64,000 nucleotides of DNA from an uncultured archaeon. Its GTDB lineage: Archaea > Thermoproteota > Bathyarchaeia > Bathyarchaeales > Bathycorpusculaceae. Below, piece by piece: positions 55,524 through 64,000 of this stretch. A program made the position numbers and the translations under genes. The stretch's first letter is position 1, and each line of letters begins with the position of its first letter. The stretch covers positions 224,001 to 288,000 of the forward strand of contig CAWALK010000022.1 in the NCBI GenBank assembly GCA_963782915.1, in the 5' to 3' direction. Below the pieces are notes generated by a model that had not been told where the DNA came from, ran no database searches, and saw only the letters and a list, made by a program, of their open reading frames with translations.

Positions 55524-56468
55524 TTAGATGGTTGGTGGTGGAGTTGGCTCCTGGAATAGTGGTGTGCTTAGGTAGCGTTCGCCTGTGTCTGGTAGGATGA
55601 CAACGATTAGTTTACCCTTGTTTTCGGGGCGTTTTGCAACTTCAATTGCTGCCCACGCTGCTGCTCCCGCGGAGATACCGACCAGTAAGCCTTCCTTTTG
55701 CGCAAGTGCTCGAGCCGTTTTTAATGCATCATCGTCTGTTACTTGTACGATTTCATCAACCAAGTTTAATTGCAGCACATCGGGTTTGAAGCCTGCGCCT
55801 ATGCCCTGGATTTTGTGTGGACCTTTCTTTCCGCCGCTCAGTACTGGTGACCCTGCTGGTTCGACAGCTATTGCTTTGAACGAGGGTTTTTTTGGTTTGA
55901 TGGCTTCTGCGACGCCTGTTATGGTTCCGCCTGTGCCGACACCTGCAACTACGAAGTCCACTTTGCCGTCTGTGTCTTCCCAGATTTCGGGACCTGTGGT
56001 TTCTCGGTGGACTTTGGGGTTGGCGAGGTTTTTGAATTGTTGGGGCATGAAGCTGTTGGGTGTGGCGGCGATGAGTTCTTCTGCTTTTTTGATGGCTCCG
56101 CCCATGCCGTCTGGTCCGGGTGTGAGGACGAGTTGTGCGCCGTATGCTTTGAGGAGGTTGCGGCGTTCGATGCTCATGGTTTCGGGCATGGTTAGGATGA
56201 GTTTGTAGCCTTTGACGGCTGCGACCATGGCGAGTCCGATGCCTGTGTTGCCGGATGTGGGTTCGATGAGTGTTGCGCCGGGTTTTATTATGCCTTGTTT
56301 TTCGGCTTCATCTATCATGGCTTGGCATATGCGGTCTTTGACGCTTCCGCCGGGGTTTTTGGATTCGAGTTTAGCTACGACGGTGGCGTTTGTGCCTTCG
56401 GTTAGTTTGTTTAGTTGGATGAGTGGTGTTTTTCCGATTGTTTCTAACACGTTTTTGTTTATTTTCAT
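55524..56468 (-). CDS. cysK: Cysteine synthase A
   Basis: [40 protein letters not shown]. Confidence 0.97.
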   Translation of the reverse strand: MKINKNVLETIGKTPLIQLNKLTEGTNATVVAKLESKNPGGSVKDRICQAMIDEAEKQGIIKPGATLIEPTSGNTGIGLAMVAAVKGYKLILTMPETMSIERRNLLKAYGAQLVLTPGPDGMGGAIKKAEELIAATPNSFMPQQFKNLANPKVHRETTGPEIWEDTDGKVDFVVAGVGTGGTITGVAEAIKPKKPSFKAIAVEPAGSPVLSGGKKGPHKIQGIGAGFKPDVLQLNLVDEIVQVTDDDALKTARALAQKEGLLVGISAGAAAWAAIEVAKRPENKGKLIVVILPDTGERYLSTPLFQEPTPPPTI

Positions 56469-56482
56469 GTCACTACACTTTC

Positions 56483-56497
56483 TATAACACTGTTATA
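56483..56497. promoter_or_regulatory. Operator family 1 upstream of cysK
   Basis: Perfect palindrome TATAACA-C-TGTTATA between the TATA-like element and the start codon. Confidence 0.7.
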
Positions 56498-56627
56498 AGT
56501 TTTAGGTGTTGCTTAAAAACCTTTTCGGCAACCTAAGAAGCCCCAAAGAAAAACATATTCTCTGGCGGCAAACAAAGACCACCAAAACATAAACGCAATA
56601 GAAAGAACCAATACTTAAAAAATACCC

Positions 56628-57183
56628 TCAAAGCATCCTAAGCAAGTCAGCCTTCGTAATAATACCAATGACCACGCCTTTCTTGGAAACCAAAACAGCC
56701 GAATAAGTCTGCAACAAGCTGGTAATCAACGACAAGGGGCGCATCATCGTTTATCTGCGGGAAAGCTTCCTCCATAATTCTCTCTGTGGGTTGCTTAGAA
56801 ATTTCATCTAAATCTTGCCCCGCTAAAATTTGGCGTAGAATTGCTTTTTCTGAAATGCTGCCCACGGATTGTTTTCCGTCAAAAACGGGTATTTGCGAGT
56901 AGCCGTGTTCCTTCATGACTGTGACGGCTTCGGAGATTGGCTGGCTTCTTTGTACGCTTACGACTTCGGTGTGGAGGATTTTTTCTGTTTGGACTTTGGT
57001 TTTGAATTCTAAGCGTTCGAGCACGTCGAAGATTGTTCTTACTTTGGTGTATGATGAGTCGATGGTTCCAGCTTCGAGTTTGGCGATGAGGGATTGGCTT
57101 ACGCCTGCGGCTTTGGCTAATTCGGATTGTTTTAAGCCTAGTTGGCGTCTGCGTTTGCCTATGTCTTCTAGTGTGGGGAACAT
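56628..57183 (-). CDS. XRE-HTH plus CBS-pair transcription regulator (frameshift near 56735)
   Basis: RRQLGLKQSELAKAAGVSQSLIAKLE; GYSQIPV; GIITKADLL. Confidence 0.9.
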
Positions 57184-57198
57184 GGATTTTAATTGATA

Positions 57199-57316
57199 CT
57201 TAACACTGTTATATATTCTTTTTGGAATAAGCCTTTTGCCTCAGAAGAGAACAACCCACAGAATACGAGGAAAAGTTTGTCCGATTGAAATGACTTATAA
57301 GTATAAGTGCGTTATA
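57199..57316. promoter_or_regulatory. Divergent promoter region with operator-family sites (57199-57213, 57213-57229, 57302-57316)
   Basis: CTTAACACTGTTATA; ATATTCTTTTTGGAATA; TATAAGTGCGTTATA. Confidence 0.6.
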
Positions 57317-57330
57317 ATGGAACGATACTC

Positions 57331-57687
57331 ATGGACCCACAATGCGAAATAATCGGCAAATACGTCCTACCCATATTCAGCTCAATGCTAGCCAAAGAAC
57401 TCGTCCAGAAATACAAGCTTTCACAGACAGAAGCAGCAAAAAAACTGGGCACCACCCAAGCCGCAGTCAGCCAATACCTCAGTTCTAAACGTGCCTACAA
57501 AGGCGTTGAACACGTGGAGGAGTATCTTCCAAAAATTCAAGCGATGGCAGAGGAAACCGCAAGAAAAGTAATCAACAAAGAAATCAGCACAGGAGACATC
57601 ACACCGGATTTCTGTAGCCTTTGCGCAACCTTCTGCAAAAAAGCAACACCAGCACCTGAATCTTCTAAGCCTGAATATTACATTTAA
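57331..57687 (+). CDS. HTH transcription regulator with conserved Cys (PxCE..LP..LAKEL; C-terminal CxxC)
   Basis: SQTEAAKKLGTTQAAVSQYL..KR HTH; FCSLC. Confidence 0.85.
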   Translation: MDPQCEIIGKYVLPIFSSMLAKELVQKYKLSQTEAAKKLGTTQAAVSQYLSSKRAYKGVEHVEEYLPKIQAMAEETARKVINKEISTGDITPDFCSLCATFCKKATPAPESSKPEYYI

Positions 57688-57755
57688 GCTCTCTTTGGAT
57701 TCAGCATCGAGTTTCTAGCAGAAACCCTAATATGATTTTTTAAGTTAATCGATGC

Positions 57756-58562
57756 TTAATGGTTCTGTAGCCAATTCTTTATGGTAGCGATGAATTGTTC
57801 CCGTTTGGCAGCATCGCATTTGCGGCGGGGCGGTACAGGGCTTAAATCGTCATAGAACCAGTGGCCAGCATCACCGAAAAACTCCAGCTTCTTATCCTTG
57901 GCTGCAAGTTTGGCATAGAGTTGTTTAGCTCCTGCCGGTTGCACTGTAACGTCTGCTTCTCCCTGCAAAATCAACGTTGGCACCTCAACATGGCAAGCGT
58001 TAGAGAGAGCGGTGTCAATTAGCTGGTGTTGTATGTTTGAGAGGTAGCTTTCTGTGAGCGCCCACGTTTCGAGGGGGTCGCTTTGCATTATTTTAATTTC
58101 TTCTTGGTCCCTGTTTTGATCCGTGTAGATGTTGCTTATGGCACAAGCTACGGCTGGGGCAGCAAGTACCAAACCGCCAACATTGGTCGGGTGATTGGCT
58201 GCATACCAGACGCTGTAGATGCCGCCTAAGCTGTGGCCAAGCATAAACAACTTTTTCCCTTTGTGGCTATTGCGCAGATGCACTACAAAATCATCTATGT
58301 CTTGCAAATGTCGCTGAAAATCACTCACAAAACCCTTCTGCGAACCTGCCTCCGAAGATTCGCCAAACCCCCTCAAATCCAACGCGTACACTTCACTGCC
58401 ATTAGCTGCCAACTTAGGAGCTATGTTTCTGAACCACCCTGAGTAGTCGCCTAAGCCATGAATGCAAACAACCAATCGTTTTGGTGCAGTGGCTTTCCAG
58501 TAGCGGTAGGCTAAGTAGAAGCCGTCGGTGGCTTGGAATCTTTGGGTTGAATTATTGCTCAA
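57756..58562 (-). CDS. Alpha/beta hydrolase, lysophospholipase family
   Basis: IHGLGDY, DLRGFG, GHSLGG nucleophile elbow, QGEAD, AGHW. Confidence 0.9.
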   Translation of the reverse strand: MSNNSTQRFQATDGFYLAYRYWKATAPKRLVVCIHGLGDYSGWFRNIAPKLAANGSEVYALDLRGFGESSEAGSQKGFVSDFQRHLQDIDDFVVHLRNSHKGKKLFMLGHSLGGIYSVWYAANHPTNVGGLVLAAPAVACAISNIYTDQNRDQEEIKIMQSDPLETWALTESYLSNIQHQLIDTALSNACHVEVPTLILQGEADVTVQPAGAKQLYAKLAAKDKKLEFFGDAGHWFYDDLSPVPPRRKCDAAKREQFIATIKNWLQNH

Positions 58563-59137
58563 CTCGTGTTGGCACCAGTATGGTTAGGCAGTTTTAGCTG
58601 TTGGATTTCTTGGTAGATTTCATTCCAGTTGTACACTCGTTTGGTTAAGTTTTTGACGTTAAAGGATTGGTTATAGGGGTGATCATAAACCAGAACTTTG
58701 TTGACTTTTTGGGTCCACTCTAAGGCGTCCTCCAGTGAATCCTCAACTATTACATCCAGTTTTGAGATGTTAGCTTGATACTTTTTGCCGATATTTAAAA
58801 GGTGTAGTTCATTGTAGGGGACGCCTTTGTTTTTGAGCCAACCCTGGGTGATCTCTCTAAGGTAGCTCCATCTGCCGGTCAACAGAAAGATACTGTGACC
58901 TTCTCTGCTGAGTCGTTCCAGTGTCTCTTTAGCGCCAGTGTAGAGTGGCAAGTCTTGCTTGAGGATTTCTGTAATAAGTGCTGTTTCTTCTGCACGAGTT
59001 ATTCCTAGTACGATGTTTAGGTCAAAGCAGTAAATATCCTTCTCTGTTAGAGTCACGCCATAGTTTGTTTTGATTGTGTTGATTAGGGGACCTGCAAAGT
59101 TGGCGATTACCCCGTCTATGTCGAAGCCTAAATTCAT
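58559..59137 (-). CDS. HAD-family 5'(3')-nucleotidase-like protein
   Basis: FDIDGVI, LTGR, IVED, HPYN. Confidence 0.85.
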   Translation of the reverse strand: MNLGFDIDGVIANFAGPLINTIKTNYGVTLTEKDIYCFDLNIVLGITRAEETALITEILKQDLPLYTGAKETLERLSREGHSIFLLTGRWSYLREITQGWLKNKGVPYNELHLLNIGKKYQANISKLDVIVEDSLEDALEWTQKVNKVLVYDHPYNQSFNVKNLTKRVYNWNEIYQEIQQLKLPNHTGANTS

Positions 59138-59318
59138 CGATGTTTCTTCCTGAATAATACAATGAGTTTGAGCCTTTGGGTTATATGGCTTCTTGAAAAA
59201 ATTATTCCAAAACAGGTTTTCCCGTTAAAGCCATAGCGATATCGATTTCTTTAGAAATAACTAAAAAATTAAGAAAAATGAATAAGCACTCAACCCCGAA
59301 GGGTCAAGCTGCCACACG

Positions 59319-59763
59319 CTAAAGCAAACGGAAGTTTTCTTTAACCGTCGTCAACACTACATGGGTGTTAGTCCGTTCAATGTAGGGCAACGCAAGCATC
59401 TTCTTAGTGAAAGCGCCAAGGTCTTCTCGGCTCTTGAATTTAGCAATGATGACGGCATCGGTTAAGCCAGTGACGTCGTATACTCCGCAGACGTTTGGGA
59501 TTTTAGCGATTTCATTCTCTGTCTCAACTAGCCTGCCTTTTGGAAACGGTGATTTCGGTGACAACCGTTAGTTGATAACCTAATTTTTCGTGGTCAAGTA
59601 TGACTGAGTAACCCTTGATTAAGCCTTCATCTTCCATCTTTTTGATTCTGGACAAGACGGTGCCGACTGAAACGCCGACGTTTTTGGCGATTTGGCGACT
59701 GGAAAACCTTGCGTCTTCTAGGAGGCCTTGGAGGATTTTAACATCTGTTTCGTTTAATTCCAT
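59319..59763 (-). CDS. Lrp/AsnC family transcription regulator (frameshift near 59545)
   Basis: DVKILQGLLEDARFSSRQIAKNVGVSVGTV; YDVTG..D; TNTHVVL. Confidence 0.93.
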
Positions 59764-59981
59764 ATGATCATTTCCTGCACGTTCTTTCAATTAAACCCTA
59801 TTTTATGGAACACGCTTTTGATATTCAGACGATTAAGTTTATAAAAGTTTAGTTTCTCACTCGCCAAGACACCCAGCCTATTTAGGTTGATAAACCTTGG
59901 AGGACAGCTTGGCTTTAATTATAAAAAGTGAGAGTAATCTTAAATTAACCCCGAAACCCCAATAGTCCTGAGCCAACCACT

Positions 59982-61532
59982 ATGCCAGCTAAATACGACA
60001 CCATACTCGTCCTAGATTTCGGCGGACAATACTGCCACCTAATCGGTAGAAGAATCAGAGAACACGGTGTCTTCTCAGAAATCGTGCCCCACGACATCTC
60101 ACCCGAAGAAGTCAAGGCACTCAACGAAAAATTCAACGTTAAAGGCTTAATATTATCAGGTGGACCCTCAAGCGTTTATGAACCAAACGCGCCTAAACTC
60201 CACCCACGAATTCTAGAAGTAGATTTACCAATCTTAGGCTTATGTTATGGCCACCAGCTTTTAGCCCAAATAGTTAACGGCAAAGTTGAACCTGCAACCT
60301 GCAAAGAATATGGCATAGCCCAAGTCAACATCGACAAGCCCGTGGGCATCCTCGAAGGCTTGAGCATGAAAGAGCAGGTTTGGATGAGCCACGGCGACAC
60401 CGTCATGGCACCCCCACCAGAATTCGAATCCTTAGCACACACCGACAACTGCCCAGTCGCAGCTTTCCGCCACAAAACCAAACCCATCTACGGCCTGCAA
60501 TGGCATCCAGAAGTCATCCACACCGAAAACGGCATGCGCATGCTACAAAACTTTATTTTCCAAGTCTGCAAAGCCCAAGCTAACTGGCAAATGGAAGACC
60601 TCATCGGCAAAATGGTAAAGAACTCCAAGATGAAACAGGCGATGCCAGAGCCATCATCGGCTTAAGCGGCGGCATAGACTCGAGTGTCGCCACAGCATTG
60701 GCTGCTAAGGCGCTTGGAGAAAAATTAACCGCAGTCTACGTTGACCATGGTTTTATGAGGGAAGGAGAAACCGAAGCCATCCGTAAAACCTTCGAAAAAT
60801 TCGACATCAATTTCGTAGTCGCTGACGCCCAAGAACGCTTCATGAATAAATTAAGAGGCACAACAGAACCAGAGACTAAACGCAAGATAATGGGTGAAGA
60901 ATTCATCCGAGTCTTCGAAGAAATCGCCGCCAAATCAGGCGCAGAATACCTAATCCAGGGCACAATCTACCCAGATAGAATCGAATCGGGCTTCCGCAAA
61001 AACAGCGACAAAATCAAATGCCACCACAACGTCGCTGGCTTACCAGAGAAAATAAAGTTCAAAAAAATCCTCGAACCACTCCGTGACCTCTATAAAGATG
61101 AAGTGAGAAAAGTCGCGCGCATGCTTGACCTTCCCAAAGAGCTCGTTAACCGTCAACCATTCCCGGGACCCGGCTTAGCGGTACGCATCATCGGACCCCT
61201 AACTGATGAGAAAGTTGCCATCGCAAAGAAATCCGACCTAATCGTACAGAGAAGAAATCGAACGCTGCGACTTCGCCGAGAGCCTATGGCAGTACTTCTC
61301 AGTAGTAACCGACACCAAAGCTACGGGCGTGAAAGGTGATGCACGGGCATATGGTTACGTGGTTGCTGTGCGTGCAATGGAGAGCCGAGAAGCTATGACA
61401 GCCAGCTTCGCCAAGATACCTTACTCGGTACTGGAGAAGATTTCCACTCGGATTACCAATGAGATTCCGCAGGTTACCCGCGTAGTATATGATGTTACGC
61501 ATAAGCCTCCTGCAACTATCGAGTGGGAATAA
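59982..61532 (+). CDS. guaA: GMP synthase, glutamine-hydrolysing (frameshifts near 60625 and 61250)
   Basis: [49 protein letters not shown]. Confidence 0.96.
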
Positions 61533-61664
61533 CTCAATTTTCCTTCTATTTTAATTAGAAAACATCGCTGCTGTTAAGCAACCCCAAAGCAGCAGAGCAC
61601 GCTTTATCCATACTATTTTATATAAAAAACAACAGTTACAGTACTCCATACTCAAGGTGACAAT

Positions 61665-62720
61665 GTGAAAGCGTTGATATTAGCAGGCGGCTTTGCCACA
61701 AGACTCCGACCCCTAAGCTGTGCGCGCCCAAAAACACTTTTCCCAATAGTCAACAAACCCCTACTCCAATGGGTGTTTGAGCGATTGGCACAGGACGGCG
61801 TAGACGAAGCCATACTCGCAGTCAACGCTTTAACACAATTCTACATCCGCCAGTATAAGCCATCGAAATGTGGCTTACGAGTCAGATTCTCCATTGACCC
61901 GCCAAAAAAGCCTCTTGGAACCGGCGGTCCTGTGAAGAAGGCGGAGAAACTCATCGGCCGCGATGAACCATTCATCGTTTTAAACGGCGACATATTCGCA
62001 GACATAGACTACAAGAAACTGCTGGAGACTCACAAAAGAAATAACGCGCTTGTCACAATGGCGCTTTGCAGCGTAGAAGACCCCTGCAGCTTCGGTGTAG
62101 TGGAAATCCACGGCGACAACATCAAGCGGTTTGTTGAGAAGCCAGCTAAAGGGCAGGCGCCAAGCAACCTCATCAACGCCGGCGCATATGTTTTCAGCCC
62201 CGAAATCTTCGATTATATTCCCGAGGGCAGAGCAGTCTCTATTGAACGGGAAGTTTTCCCACAAATCGTTGAAGCAAACAGGATGGTCGGCTGCTGCATC
62301 AACGGCTTATGGATGGACATAGGAAAACCCCAGGAATACTTGCAGGCAAACAAAACAGTACTGGACCATATCAACGGCACCTTAGAGAAGCCTAAACCTG
62401 ACGGTTTTAAAGTAAACTATCCGGTTGCAGTAGATCACGGCGTTTCAATCGGCGAAAAATCAGTCATCGGCCCCTACGCAATCATAGGTAAAAACGCGAA
62501 AATAGGCAAAAACGTCACCATCATTGACTCCGTTATCTTCCCGGACGTAGAAATCGCAGACGGGGCCATCATAAATGGTGCAGTAGTAGGCGAAGGAGTA
62601 CATGTAGGCAAAAACGTCACATTGGAAAAAGGCTGCATAGTCGGTGACCAATCAAAAATCAAAGACAACGTACATCTGCACGATGGCTCAGCCGTGTGTC
62701 CGGCAAAGGAGATTTCTTGA
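61665..62720 (+). CDS. NDP-sugar synthase (mannose-1-phosphate guanylyltransferase-like)
   Basis: LAGGFATRLRPL..PK; LNGD; EKP; left-handed beta-helix repeats. Confidence 0.9.
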   Translation: MKALILAGGFATRLRPLSCARPKTLFPIVNKPLLQWVFERLAQDGVDEAILAVNALTQFYIRQYKPSKCGLRVRFSIDPPKKPLGTGGPVKKAEKLIGRDEPFIVLNGDIFADIDYKKLLETHKRNNALVTMALCSVEDPCSFGVVEIHGDNIKRFVEKPAKGQAPSNLINAGAYVFSPEIFDYIPEGRAVSIEREVFPQIVEANRMVGCCINGLWMDIGKPQEYLQANKTVLDHINGTLEKPKPDGFKVNYPVAVDHGVSIGEKSVIGPYAIIGKNAKIGKNVTIIDSVIFPDVEIADGAIINGAVVGEGVHVGKNVTLEKGCIVGDQSKIKDNVHLHDGSAVCPAKEIS

Positions 62721-62780
62721 AAACTTTTTAAAACCGAACCTCGCTGTTAAATGGTACGAACAGTTACGAGTTGAAATCGT

Positions 62781-64000
62781 ATGAGTACAACTACTAAACT
62801 TTTTGGAACAAACGGTATCCGCGGCCTAGTAAACATTGAATTGACGCCTGAAATGGCAATTAAAATGGGTGCATCGATTGGAACTTTTTTCGGAAAAGAC
62901 AAAAACATACTCATTGGGTACGATGCACGAACCAGCGGTCCAATGTTCACTAAAGCTGTTATTTCTGGTTTGATGGCGGCTGGATGCAACGTATACGCAG
63001 CCGGTATGGCTTCTACTCCGGCTATTCAATTCGCTACTAAAAATCACAAATTCGCCGGCGGAGTAATCATATCTGCTTCACACAATCCACCGGAATATAA
63101 TGGTATCAAAGTTATCTGGAGCGACGGCATCGAAACCTCACATGAACAAGAGGTTGAAATCGAGAGCATTTACTTCGAAAACAAAATCGTTTATGCCCCA
63201 TGGGATAAACTCGGAGCCAAACATGATTTGCCCGGAATAAACGATGAATACAAAGACGCAATGAAAAAGCATGTTGACGTAGCAAAAATCGCTGCCAAAC
63301 ACTTCCACGTCGTAGTAGATGCAGCTAACAGTGTCGGAGGAATAGCCCTACCACCACTTCTAAGGGAACTGGGCTGCAAATGCACAACCATAAACGCCAA
63401 CATCGACGGCACCTTCCCCGGCAGACTCCCCGAACCCCGACCTGAAAGCCTCGGTGACTTATCTGCAACCGTTAAAGCAATCGGCGCAGACATGGGCGTC
63501 GCCTTCGACGGAGACGCAGACCGCTCAATTTTCTGTGACGGAAACGGCACCATCTACTGGGGAGACAAAACCTTCGCCGTAGTCATAAAACAGTACCTAA
63601 TCAAGAATCCGGGCGCAAAAATCGTAACACCCGTAAGCTCCTCCACCCTAATCAAAGACACCGTGGAAGCTTTCAAGGGCGAATTAATCTGGACCAAAGT
63701 CGGCAGCGTAACAGTTTCACAAACAATGAAGGCGGAAAACGCCAATTTAGGAGGAGAAGAAAACGGCGGCATCTTCTATCGCCCACACCAAGCCGTACGC
63801 GACGGAGCAATGACAACCGCGCTGCTACTCAACATTATGGCGGATACTGGAAAATCATTGGCTGAACTCGTCGCTGAACAGCCTCAATACTTTATTGAGA
63901 AAGGCAAAATCGAGTGCCCTAACAACAAAAAAGAGCCGCTGCTAGCAGAAAATCTATGAAGAAGTCAAAAACGAAAACGTCAGCACGATTGACGGGGTCA
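62781..64000 (+). CDS. Phosphoglucosamine mutase / PGM-PMM family protein (runs off the window; frameshift near 63950)
   Basis: FGTNGIRG, ISASHNP, FDGDADR, GGEENGG. Confidence 0.92.

Noticed and set aside
55585-56208. Long antisense ORFs opposite cysK, gdhA, mcm and others
   Set aside because: Shadow ORFs produced by the codon bias of the real genes on the opposite strand.

Overview
This is an archaeal chromosomal window. Gene content and order best fit Bathyarchaeia (TACK); that assignment is an inference. Most of it is core machinery: srp54-pus10-rpl21e-rpoF-DUF655-rsmA-HemK; rpl10e-ppsA-dph2-METTL5-csl4-rpoL-DUF99-tfs; pcna-priL..priS-gins15; rpl44e-rps27e-aIF2alpha remnant-nop10-PAC2; gins23-mcm-wecB; gdhA; rfcS-rfcL; a cysK-cysE/metY-metX-metW sulfur amino-acid cluster; guaA; sugar-nucleotide genes; and tRNA-Leu(GAG). 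Many essential genes are split by small indels, most likely unpolished long-read errors, so they are reported as single CDSs. The standout is 40.9-44.7 kb. An HTH protein with a perfect 8-6-8 operator over its promoter is translationally coupled to six otherwise unrelated membrane proteins, five of which share only an N-terminal RGW[FLY]P[QK][ED] peptide. This is a candidate modular membrane-sensor/regulator system. Other findings: a likely box C/D guide sRNA upstream of srp54, two palindromic operator families in the sulfur cluster, a collapsed in-frame aIF2alpha, two toxin-antitoxin cassettes bounded by partial duplications (a phosphatase 3' end and the tRNA-Leu 3' end), and three families of dispersed intergenic repeats.
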